Assembly: GCA_946965045.2 (NCBI GenBank)
Contig: OX337233.1
Location: forward strand, 372,001 to 436,000
Source of the DNA: Epithemia pelagica
Taxonomy: Eukaryota > Protista > Bacillariophyta
DNA: 64,000 nt
Reading direction: 5' to 3'
Made by a program: the position numbers and the translations under genes
Shown: one piece after another, positions 23,544-33,985 of the stretch
Layout: every line of letters begins with the position of its first letter
How positions within the stretch are numbered: position 1 is the first letter of the stretch
Notes under the pieces: generated by a model
Told to the model about the DNA's origin: nothing
The model's input: only the letters and a program-made list of their open reading frames with translations
The model's database searches: none

Positions 23544-24610
23544 TTAGGCGGACTTGGACACGAGGATTTGCGGTGTCGTGCAAAACGTAATGGGTGACAT
23601 GACCGCAAAGGAGGAGGCAGCAGCCGTTGTGGGATTGCTCTTCTTGCTCCAGAACGACGACGAGGAGGAGGACAATGAGGAGGAGGAGAGAGACTTTGGC
23701 ATGTGTTGTTTGTGCTTGGAATGGGTGGGTGTGGTAGATTGGCGAGAAGAAGAACTGGAGGAAACTGTCAGAGATGGTTTGGCTCGGGTCCTACTACTAC
23801 TGGTTGGGGAGGATGCCAGTTCGGTCGTCGACTTTGTCGGTTTCAGGGACTGCCGTTGGGAGGATTGTAGGTGGGTTGCAGTGGTGGTCACCACCAAGAG
23901 TCCAGAGTGATCCAACCATCGACTGGTCCAACTCAAGAGATTGACTCGACGACTGTGTTGAATGGCTTGGACTTGAGCAATGGCGGCCATGATTTGGTTC
24001 ATGGTATAGCCCATGCACAACAAACTAGTAATAAAAAATGACAAGAAGCACAAGAACAAGGATAAATGTGAGTGTGTTTGGTTCCAGAACCACGTGTCCA
24101 TTCTCGTGGGTCTGGTAATACGTACTGTGTGGCTCGATCGCCGCTGGAAAGGAGTGGTACCAAAGATGACTCCTTCTTGATCAAAAGAGGACGACGCTCG
24201 CACAAGGTGCAGTGCCCGGACAAGGTCAAGGGGGGACCGTCCGAAACCGAGGGATGATGACCCAACATCAAGGGAAATTCATAAACGGTGCACATGTCGT
24301 CCCACTGCACCGTGTGCACAGCATTCCTCGTCCGGCGGTTGCCCGATTGGGCACCCTGTTGTTGTGGTTGTGGTTGTTGCTGCCGGAAAATACTCTTGGT
24401 TGGCGCACGGTTTCGTATTCTGGCTCCTGGTGCTGCAGCCAGATTGTTATTGTTGTGGAGAGACAACAAGCTTGAGGAGGAACGAGACCGGCGCAATCTC
24501 CTTCGTTGTTGTGGTGCTGACACAGTACTTGTAGTGAGAACATCCTTGTTGTGGCTGTCATCCTGGTGCACCATTATTCTTTCGGTTCGAGTATGGATCA
24601 TCCTTGTCAT
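23544..24610 (-). CDS. Two-exon unknown protein (321 aa), intron 24025-24125
   Basis: GTACGT..TACTAG intron joins VQWDDMCTVYEFPLMLGHHPSVSDGPPLTL..GDRATH to LLCMGYTMNQIMAAI in frame. The motif set matches a family I recognise from diatom proteomes. Confidence 0.75.
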
Positions 24611-25961
24611 GGTGATAGAATATGGTTGTGCGGTGCTCCGATTTCTTCGGAGCTCTGGAACAACTCGAAACTCGAACGCTCTCTCTCTGACGATGCGATC
24701 GTACAATTTGGTTGGGACTGTTTGTCCGCGGAGGCAATTCCATTCTTCGTCGTGACTCGACTCGTGACTACTGCCCAAAACCAAAACACTCGTATAAGAA
24801 GACTATTGCCATGGATCGGGCGTACTCCCCGTTCATGTGCCCTATTGTACTAGACTAAACTGTGCCGGCATCTAGTCAGTGAGCATTTCAGAGCTATTGC
24901 CCTAACCTCCAGACTCAGGAATGAATGATTGGGAAAATCCACTGTGGTACTCGTACTCGTACTGTTACTGTTTGACTTCGACGAGTCCGTACTCGTAATA
25001 AGGTACCGACCTTCAAGCTACATAAGAGTTGTTATTGGTATCGACCTTCACCCTAAAACGCTATTGGAAGTGGTCGGGACTCAGGAATGAAACTAATTGG
25101 CTGTTGGTTGCGCACCTGTTTAAGGAGAGGGAAACAGACCCAACCAGCAACCTTTCGATAGGGGGCATATCTAGTCACAATGATGTATTCGTACAACCAT
25201 CCAACTACAATCCGCGACTCGTAGCTACTATTGGTCTACCCTGTCTATGACTTGGCCTGCTACCTACTCCGAAGAGTACTCCTAGTAGGAGTAATCCAGC
25301 AATCACAACAACAACAAGAACCGAACAGGATGAAAGAGGCATCCAACATTATGTTGCGTGCGGCTCCCTGTACTGGGAGGGCGAGAGAAAGAGAAAGGTC
25401 TTGTAATGGTTTTTTTTTGGGAAACCAGCCACTAGTGATTCGGCACCCGAGTTGCGCACTCGAGAGTTTATGCTCGTACGAGGGGTGTGTTGCTGCTTGG
25501 GATTGCTCGAGGCCCTGCTTGGGCGTGTTGAAAAGAGGCATTGCATTGCATCTTGCGTGTCAGGCGCATCGAGTTCTCCCACCATGCCTTGGTTCCTTGT
25601 GGCACCCAAACGGATAGTCCCCCCACTTACCAACGTCACCATGCCGTCGGGCGAGTTTCGGTGTTACTTCTTGGATGAGGCTTTCGTTTTGTTGTTTTCG
25701 TCGCTGTTGCTGTTTTCGTCGTTGTCGTTCTTGTTGTCGAACGGGCACAAAACCTTTTTGTTGTGGCTCACCCAAAAATCTTGTAGGAGTATGTGTGTTA
25801 CCCCCAAGCAGGGGTGAGTGAGTCACGCGTGATTGAATGCACGATGTGCATTCCCTTACACCCCCAAGGCGCGTTCGGCTGCTCCCAACTTTGACACAAA
25901 CTCAAAACAACCACAACGCAAACACCACGAGGCCCATCTTGCTGTGGATGTAACAACACCC

Positions 25962-27632
25962 ATGGACTCTTCCAAGTCCAACCGCGTTGTCCATCCAGTC
26001 TCTACCAACCCAAGGGACACTCCTGGCGCTGCAATTGCTGGTGCGGTCGGTCCGATCGCTCCAAGCGCTCAGTACCACTACGGTGCAAACCAAACAACAA
26101 CAATCAAACAGATAACCCTTTGCAAGGGCAAGAAGGATGATTCGTATTATAGCAAGGGCAAAGGAAAAGGCAACGGCAAAGGCAAAGGAAAGGGCGACTA
26201 CTCTGACTACAAAAAGGGCAAAAAGGATAAGAGCAAGGACGACAATGATGGCAAAAAGGGCAAAAAGCAAAAGAAGGAACCCAAGTGCCTCACCATTGGC
26301 GAATTGGCCGAAAGCTCTGAGGATTTCACCACGCTGGTGGGTGCACTCAATGCGGTTGACTTGTGGGAAGATGTCAATGATCCGGAAGCCGAGATAACCA
26401 TTTTCGCTCCCACCAACAATGCCTTTGACGAGATTCCAGAAGGTACCATCGACTTGGACGACTTGTTGTCCGTTTTGTTGTATCATGCAGTAGAATGCAA
26501 GGTCACATCCAGTGACTTGTTGGGAGTTGGTGTCTCTCCCATTACCGTCCCTACGGCACTAGAAGACAACACGTTTAATGTCGTGATCGACGGACACGAA
26601 ATCTTTATTCAAGGCGACGCCAACAATGTGGACGATCTCCCTCAAGTGATTGAAGCCGATATCGAGGCTTGCAATGGAGTGGTCCACGTGGTGGACAAGA
26701 TCATTTTGCCCGTGTTGGACGAGGAGCCTCCGGTACCGACCGATCCTCCCATTTTGACAATTGTCGAAAACCTACCGGGGTTTAATACTTTGTTTTCCAT
26801 CCTCAACATTACGGGAAACGGTCAGCTCATTGATGATGCCGACGATGGACCAGTCACAGTCTTTGCTCCGACCGACGATGCCTTTGCCAAACTCGGATTC
26901 TTTCTCAATTATTTGGCAGCAGATCCTCGACTCTTGTCCCTTGTTCTTCAGTACCACGCTGTTCCTGGAGTCTTGTCGGCAGAATTCTTGTCTACAGACC
27001 CTCCTCCCTTTATCTTTTCGCTCGGTGACGAACTCATTCGACCCGTGTTGGGAGATATGGGTCAGCTCTTCCTCCAAGGTACCAACAATGACCCAAACAA
27101 CCTTCCCATGGTTGGACCGGTGGATATTACGGCTTCCAACGGTATTGTCCATGTGATTGATGAAGTCCTCCTCCCCGAGTTGCCCATTGCCGCCACTCTG
27201 ACTTTTACCGGCTTTTCCTATCTATCAGATGCCCTCCATCGCACGGGATTGACGGCAGGTTGGAATATGATTTGTAAAACACTCACCGTCTTTGCTCCCA
27301 CCGATGCAGCCTTTGAAGCGCTCGGTCAAGCGACTCTGAACGCAGTCTTTGCCGACATTCCATTGTTGACGGAAATCTTGCAACTTCATGTGATCGAAGG
27401 TCAATACTTGGATAGTCTTAGTCTAGTTGCGTTGAGCGTCTATGGACAGGGCAATTTCACCACGGGCTCGGGAGACACGGTGGAAGTGACTGCGGATCTT
27501 GCGGATGGCAGTGTGTTTGTGGCAGGACCGGGCAACGACGAACCAGCTCAAGTCGTTCAAGCCGATATTAATGTCTATGGGAGCAGTGTTCTTCATGCCA
27601 TTGACAAGGTTCTGTTGCCAATTCTGAATTAA
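25962..27632 (+). CDS. FAS1-a: fasciclin protein with K/G/Y-rich segment and 3 FAS1 domains, no signal peptide (556 aa)
   Basis: TIFAPTNNAF / ACNGVVHVVDKIILP motifs occur three times. First in-frame ATG is at 25962; the start is uncertain. Confidence 0.85.
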   Translation: MDSSKSNRVVHPVSTNPRDTPGAAIAGAVGPIAPSAQYHYGANQTTTIKQITLCKGKKDDSYYSKGKGKGNGKGKGKGDYSDYKKGKKDKSKDDNDGKKGKKQKKEPKCLTIGELAESSEDFTTLVGALNAVDLWEDVNDPEAEITIFAPTNNAFDEIPEGTIDLDDLLSVLLYHAVECKVTSSDLLGVGVSPITVPTALEDNTFNVVIDGHEIFIQGDANNVDDLPQVIEADIEACNGVVHVVDKIILPVLDEEPPVPTDPPILTIVENLPGFNTLFSILNITGNGQLIDDADDGPVTVFAPTDDAFAKLGFFLNYLAADPRLLSLVLQYHAVPGVLSAEFLSTDPPPFIFSLGDELIRPVLGDMGQLFLQGTNNDPNNLPMVGPVDITASNGIVHVIDEVLLPELPIAATLTFTGFSYLSDALHRTGLTAGWNMICKTLTVFAPTDAAFEALGQATLNAVFADIPLLTEILQLHVIEGQYLDSLSLVALSVYGQGNFTTGSGDTVEVTADLADGSVFVAGPGNDEPAQVVQADINVYGSSVLHAIDKVLLPILN

Positions 27633-27697
27633 AAACCAGGACGACACCCAAAAGACGACGACCAGCTATATATTCGTATATCTCACAATGCTAGAGA

Positions 27698-27730
27698 CCA
27701 TGGCACCTTGTACAGTGTTGGTGCTGTTGT
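27698..27730 (+). promoter_or_regulatory. Conserved 3'-flank hairpin motif of the FAS1 genes (copy 1 of 6)
   Basis: ATGGCACC-N12-GGTGCTGT. Homologues at 31233-31260, 32529-32554, 35629-35656, 44922-44949 and, on the - strand, 53319-53346. Confidence 0.55.
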
Positions 27731-27879
27731 TCGGGCCCAGCTACGAAACGTTCTTGAGACCGAAAAGGAAGGGCAACAAACACATATTCTTACTACCTAA
27801 ATTACGACTACTCAAGGCTCTTGACAAACAATAGCTCTGCTCAACAATCATAATTCATGTACTTGGGCACATCCTTCTT

Positions 27880-28748
27880 TCAGTCTTTTTTGTAACATGC
27901 GCCTCGCACACGACGAGGAAAGGAGTGTGCCGAAGCGATGCGACGACGACGAATGTCCTTCCCGCCACCTTCTTCGCTCTTGCCCTTTTTGCTCTTGCCA
28001 CTCTTTTCGTCTTCGTCGTCTTTGTAGTTTTCCAGGAAATTTTTCACAATGCCCTTGATAATGTACACAATGGAACGACCAATACCAATACCATTCGTCG
28101 TGACGGCGGGCGTCAAACTTTCCAAGGTCATGCTTCCAATGCCCTCCAAGGAAATTTCGTTGGTATCGCCACGAATGCGTTGAATCAGGGCGGTTAGCAT
28201 CAAGCGTCGGTCCTCCCCACCACCAGTTTCATCACTTGTATTCGTACTACTGGACAAGGATGACACACGTTGTACTTCAACTGTCTCACCGTCTTGCAGG
28301 TCGGCCAAATTCAAGACACTGGTTCCAGCAATCACTTCGAGACTGGTCACCAGGTCTTGGAGCTCCTCCACGGAATGTGTTTCGACGAAATCGTCCGAAA
28401 ACAATTCGTTCACGGGCGCAAAAATACTACCATGTACAAGCACAAGAGAAATGGCTGTGGGTGAGACTGGAGCCTTCTTGGTAAGGAACGCACATATGTG
28501 CCGAATGCCTATAGTACGTACACCAAACAATCCTCGACATTCGTTGTCTCGACCATATCGCCAAGTGTCTCGGCCATTCCCGTCTGCTCCAAAATGCTGC
28601 CAAACGTGGTCAACTCGGGTTGACTCTGAATCCAGTCCATCAAAGAGGTGATGCTTGTGTCTTCGTCCTCTGTCGTGGCATGAATACCTTGCCCCGATAA
28701 GGACATGGTGGAGAGGGTCATCCAGAAACGACTATGGAAATGCATCAT
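27880..28748 (-). CDS. FAS1-b: divergent single-FAS1 protein, two exons (257 aa), intron 28427-28521
   Basis: LMDWIQSQPELTTFGSILEQTG..CLV|IFAPVNELF restored by a GTACGT..GGTAG intron. C-terminal KSGKSKKGK. Confidence 0.7.
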
Positions 28749-28809
28749 GACCGTGTTGGATGGTACTTTTTTGCTGGTCGTTACAGGCTCGGGTGGATTT
28801 GGTTTTTCA

Positions 28810-29060
28810 ATCCGTGGATTTGTGAGACCTTGTTCTCATTCTCCACAACAAATTGATGTGTGTCGTTTGGCGAGAAATCCCGCTTCTCGAAAAGGTCTTC
28901 AACATTCATGAGATCCTTGTTCTCATTCTACCAAAAATGTTGTTGTATCGTTTTGCGAGAAATCCCGCTTCTCGAAAAGATCTCATAGAAATATCAATGA
29001 GATCCTTTCAACAAATTGTTTCATGTCGTTTGCGAGAAATCCCGCTTCTCGGAAAGATCT
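28810..29060. repeat. Three degenerate 77-85 bp repeats, each with the inverted motif CGAGAA-ATCCCGC-TTCTCG
   Basis: Identical 19-mers at 28871, 28956 and 29033 in the divergent intergenic region between FAS1-b and FAS1-c. Confidence 0.85.
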
Positions 29061-29629
29061 CAAACAAGTTCCCGGTTCTCCTAAAAATCTCAGAACTGAA
29101 ATCTTGGAAACGGTCGCAGAAGCGACCCGAATACGGCTGAGCGGCGGTCGTTCGTCGTTTCTCATGATGAAGTTTCCACGAGCGATCGTGACTCAGAGAA
29201 AAATGTCTCTACCGAGAAACAGACATGTCGTTTCCGAGTCTTCCCTCCAGTACGAGCTAAGCAAAAGGCGCGGGTTTTCGAGGTCCCACATGGGAACTCC
29301 GACGAACTGCCGATACCAGAGAATACCCACGTCAAAACTCGGCGCATGACGAAATTCAAACGAAACATTATATAAGTCACGGTCGGCAGTGGGCAAGACC
29401 AACAATGGACATTTGGCAAGATCCGATTTGAATGCAGTCCGATATCAACGTTCACCAACGGATAGGGAATGCGGATCCCGAGTAGCTTCCATAACTAACG
29501 AGCAGGTGGAGTTGGAGGATCGTTGGATGGTGATTGGCCGCGCGCGGCATGACGCGCAGGCACAGCTTTTCGCTCCTCGGTTTTCTCACAATTTCTTGTT
29601 TGGATCGTCTCATAATCTTTGCCTCGATC

Positions 29630-31147
29630 ATGATTGCATCACTCCTTCAAAACACCTTGCTCGCCGCTTCTCTGTTCTCATCGGCCATTGCCGCAGGCGA
29701 CCATGCTCTGACCGCGTCCCGAGCATTGGGCGCGGCCGAATTCAGCTGTCCCACTACGGATGAGGAAGGTCGTGGATTGCGAGCCCGCTATGTGCCTCCT
29801 CCCGCACCCCAAGAGTGTCAAACCATTGGGGAAATTGTGCAAGGCAACCCCATGTTTTCCATCTTGGCCATTGCCTTGGAAGGAGTGGGCTTGTTGGATG
29901 CCGTCAGTGACAAGGACGCCACCTTTACCGTGTTTGCGCCCACCGACGATGCCTTTGCCAATGTGGATCCAGACTTGCTGCAACTCTTGTTGGACAATCC
30001 CGATACCTTGTTGGCTGAAGTTTTGTTGTATCATGTCCTTCCCTGCAAAGTCACTTCGGTCGACCTTGTGAGCCTTCATGCCTCACCCATTACCATTACC
30101 ACGGCGGCGTCGCTCGACGACAATACCTTTGACGCCATTGTGTGCCCCGAAGGTGTCTTTTTGCAAGGCGATGGCAATGCGGCGGATAGTTTCCAAGACC
30201 TCCCTCAAGTGATTGATTTTGACGTGGAGGCCTGCAATGGTGTCATTCATGTCATTAACCAGGTCATTATTCCGGCGGTCGAAGTGCCCCTTCCCACCAT
30301 TTTTGGAATTGCCCAAGAAGCCGCTGGCTTTACCACCTTGGTGGCTCTGTTGGAAGCGACGGGTCTCGATGAGGCTGTGGACGACCCGGATGCTTCCTTG
30401 ACCGTCTTTACCCCCTCGGACGCTGCCTTTGCTCTCGTGGACGGCGACTTTGTCAATTACCTCTCGGCCAATACGGATATCTTGAGTTTGATTCTCACCT
30501 ACCATGTCGTGGCCGGCGTCTTGACCTCGCAAGACTTGGTGGCCCATCCGGCTCCGACCGTCGTGACCTTGGCCGAGCAAACAATTACTCCGGACGTTCG
30601 CACCGAGGGTCTCGTTTTGGAAAATGTCAACAATGTTCCGGCCCTCGTGGAACTGCCCGATGTGCAGGCCTCGAATGGAATGGTCCATGCCATTAACAAG
30701 GTCCTGGTCCCCCTGTTGCCCGTCGATGCCACGGCCGCGCTCAATGGATTCACCGTCTTTAATACGGCCATCCAGACGGCTGGTTTGACGGCCACGTTCA
30801 ATTCCTTGACGGCCGACTTTACCGTTTTGGTTCCCACCAATGAGGCCTTTTTGGCCTTGGGCGATACCTTGGAAACTGTTCTCCAAGATGTGGAGACCTT
30901 GACCAAAATTTTGGCCACGCACGTCATTCCCGGTCCGGGACTGCCGAGTTCCAAAGTGTTGGAATTGACCGACATTACTACAACCTTGTCGGAAGTTCCC
31001 TTGAAGGTCAAGGTTCGCGATACCGGTCTCTTTATTGCCGCCCCGGGCAATGGAGGAGATGGAGCCAAGGTGGTGAATGTCGATATCAAAGCCTTGGGCG
31101 ACAGTATCATTCATGTCATTGATACCGTCCTTTTGCCCGGAGCCTAA
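29630..31147 (+). CDS. FAS1-c: secreted fasciclin, 3 FAS1 domains (505 aa)
   Basis: Signal peptide MIASLLQNTLLAASLFSSAIAA, RAL and RGL motifs, three TVFAPT..NGVIHVI domains. No K-rich segment. Confidence 0.92.
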   Translation: MIASLLQNTLLAASLFSSAIAAGDHALTASRALGAAEFSCPTTDEEGRGLRARYVPPPAPQECQTIGEIVQGNPMFSILAIALEGVGLLDAVSDKDATFTVFAPTDDAFANVDPDLLQLLLDNPDTLLAEVLLYHVLPCKVTSVDLVSLHASPITITTAASLDDNTFDAIVCPEGVFLQGDGNAADSFQDLPQVIDFDVEACNGVIHVINQVIIPAVEVPLPTIFGIAQEAAGFTTLVALLEATGLDEAVDDPDASLTVFTPSDAAFALVDGDFVNYLSANTDILSLILTYHVVAGVLTSQDLVAHPAPTVVTLAEQTITPDVRTEGLVLENVNNVPALVELPDVQASNGMVHAINKVLVPLLPVDATAALNGFTVFNTAIQTAGLTATFNSLTADFTVLVPTNEAFLALGDTLETVLQDVETLTKILATHVIPGPGLPSSKVLELTDITTTLSEVPLKVKVRDTGLFIAAPGNGGDGAKVVNVDIKALGDSIIHVIDTVLLPGA

Positions 31148-31417
31148 TTAGGTATCCTCCGAAACGATGCGCACACCCCACTCTCCCATAGTATTATATT
31201 GGGAAATCCTGAACAAACACGGAACCGACTCCATGGCATTTTGTGGGAAATAAATGCTGTTGTCACGAGTCGCAACCTAGAGCAGAACTGTCCATCATAG
31301 TTTTGTCTTGTCTCTATTACTCCTTCGCACTAGAACTGCCCCATTCGGTACGGACGAGGCACTCTAGGAACAGGTCGGATGGGGTAGATCAAACGAGATA
31401 CGGCCAGCACGGATCTG

Positions 31418-32466
31418 CCAGACGATCCCTGGAATGTTCTCGTTTGCCCCGACGGTGTCTTTGTACAAGGTAATGGAAACGACGTGGACCGTTTCCAACA
31501 ACTCCCTCAAGTAGTCGAGTTTGACATTCCAGCGTGCAATGGAGTCATTCATGTCGTCAACCAGGTGATTCTTCCGGCCATGGAATTGCCGAACCCGAAC
31601 TCGACACCATTTGGGGAGTTCTGGGAGCCAATGGGTTTGGCCGGCTCCGGACCATTTTGGAACTGTCAGGTCTCGATCAAGCTGTGGATGATCCCAACGT
31701 TTCCTGGACCCTCTTTGCCCCCTCCGACAATGCCCTCGGTGAACTCGAACCCGATTTTCTCACCTACCTCACCTTGAACCCCAGTGTCTTGTCCTTTCTT
31801 CTCCAATATCATGTCGTGGCCGAGGTCTTGACATTTTCCGACTTGGAGGCGCATCCGGCTCCTACAGTCGTAACCTTGACTGGTCAAGAGATTCTTGTCG
31901 AATGCGATGGACAAGACTTGACCTTGCAAGGTTTCAACGATGGCCCTCTCAATCGCACCATTGTGGAATGGGCCGACCTTGCCGCCTCGAATGGAATTGT
32001 GCATGGTATTAATAACGTGTTGATTCCAAAATTGCCCAGTATCGGAACCACCATTCTCCAGGGATATTCCTTGTTCAATCGGGCTGTGCAGATTGCCGTC
32101 TTGACCAATACCTTGAATTCCTTTACGGACGATTATACCGTTTTGGTGCCCTCCAACGAGGCATTTCGGGCCCTGGGGGATGACGTCTTGAATGCCGTAT
32201 TTTCCGACGTGAATACGTTGACCACCATTTTGGCCACGCATGTCATTCCGGGTCCTGGATTGGACCGTAAGGCCGTCTCGGAACTGACCGAGATTGCCAA
32301 TACCTGGTCGGGCATTCCCTTGAGGGTTACCACAAATGGTACAGATGTGTTCCTGGCTGCCCCTGGCAATGAGGGAGAGGGTGCCAAGGTGCAAGTGGCC
32401 GATATCGAAGCCTTGCCCAGCAGTATCATTCATGTGATTGATACCGTCCTTTTGCCTCAGGCGTAA
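31418..32466 (+). pseudogene. FAS1-d: 5'-truncated, frameshifted paralogue of FAS1-c
   Basis: PDDPWNVLVCPDGVFVQG..ACNGVIHVVNQVILPAMELP, then a 1-nt frameshift near 31590 into EPELDTIWGVL. No start codon or signal peptide. Confidence 0.82.
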
Positions 32467-32738
32467 TCATCCCATTACTACTGTCTCCTGAACAAACACA
32501 AGTATCTACCTATAGATACACAGACTCTATGGCACTTTGTGGAATGATTGCTGTTGTAAAACAAGGGTCGAACGATCTATCTAAACTTTGGATAGTTTTG
32601 TCTTGTCTTGTCTACCTAGAATAGGTATAGAGTATTCGCCTAACTATGACATTATGCCACCTCTAGGTAGAGGTTCGCAGTTGCTCTACCTTGTTTGTCC
32701 CCCGGATCCCTACCAATTATTACGGATGGATCAAGCAC

Positions 32739-33540
32739 GATCGACGATTGTAAGCCGAAACGCCTCGACAGAATTTTGGCCGCAACGGAGATTTCAACGA
32801 CAAGAAAATCCAAACGGAGAAGCAAGCAACTCTTTACTTGATCGACGATTGTAAGCCGAAACGCCTCGACAGAATTTTGGCCGCAACGGAGATTTCAACG
32901 ACAAGAAAATCCAAACGGAGAAGCAAGCAACTCTTTACTCGATCGACGATTGTAAGCCGAAACGCCTCGACAGAATTTTGGCCACAACGGAGATTTCAAC
33001 GACAAGAAAATCCAAACGGAGAAGCAAGCAACTCTTTACTTGATCGACGATTGTAAGCCGAAACGCCTCGACAGAATTTTGGCCGCAACGGAGATTTCAA
33101 CGACAAGAAAATCCAAACGGAGAAGCAAGCAACTCTTTACTTGATCGACGATTGTAAGCCGAAACGCCTCGACAGAATTTTGGCCACAACGGAGATTTCA
33201 ACGACAAGAAAATCCAAACGGAGAAGCAAGCAACTCTTTACTTGATCGACGATTGTAAGCCGAAACGCCTCGACAGAATTTTGGCCGCAACGGAGATTTC
33301 AACGACAAGAAAATCCAAACGGAGAAGCAAGCAACTCTTTACTTGATCGACGATTGTAAGCCGAAACGCCTCGACAGAATTTTGGCCGCAACGGAGATTT
33401 CAACGACAAGAAAATCCAAACGGAGAAGCAAGCAACTCTTTACTTGATCGACGATTGTAAGCCGAAACGCCTCGACAGAATTTTGGCCGCAACGGAGATT
33501 TCAACGACAAGAAAATCCAAAGGGAGAAGCAAGCAACTCT
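32739..33540. repeat. 101-bp tandem array, 8 copies
   Basis: GATCGACGATTGTAAGCCGAAACGCCTCG starts at 32739, 32840, 32941, 33042, 33143, 33244, 33345 and 33446. Units 3 and 5 share a G>A variant. Confidence 0.97.
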
Positions 33541-33985
33541 CTATGTGAGATCGTGACAACAAGTCATAGGGCGCACCCTTGTCCGTTGACCATGAGACGC
33601 CGAGTCTTCTTTCCAGTACGAGCTAAGCAAAAGGCGCGGGTTTTCGAGTTCCTCCGACGAACTGCCGATACCAGAGAATACCCACGTCAAAACTCGGCGC
33701 ATGACGAGGTTCAAACGAAACATTCTATAATTCACGGTCGGCAGTGGGCAAGACCAACAATGGACATTTGGCAAGATCCGATTTGAATGCAGTCCGGTAC
33801 CAACGTTCACCAACGGATAGCGAGCGAGTTCTGTAGTACAGCTTCCATAAGTAGCGAGCAGGTGGAGTTGGTGGATCGTTGGATGGTGATTGGCCGCGCG
33901 CGGCATGACGCGCAGGCACAGCTTTTCGCTCCTCGGTTTTCTCACAATTTCTTGTTTGGATCGTCTCATAATCTTTGCCTCGATC

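Noticed and set aside
27698-27730. 3'-flank hairpin as a SECIS or iron-responsive element
   Set aside because: No AUGA/GA quartet and no in-frame TGA in the FAS1 ORFs. CAGTGT appears in only one loop and is not conserved.
32739-33540. CRISPR-like array
   Set aside because: The units are contiguous near-identical 101-mers with no unique spacers and no cas genes, in a eukaryotic context.
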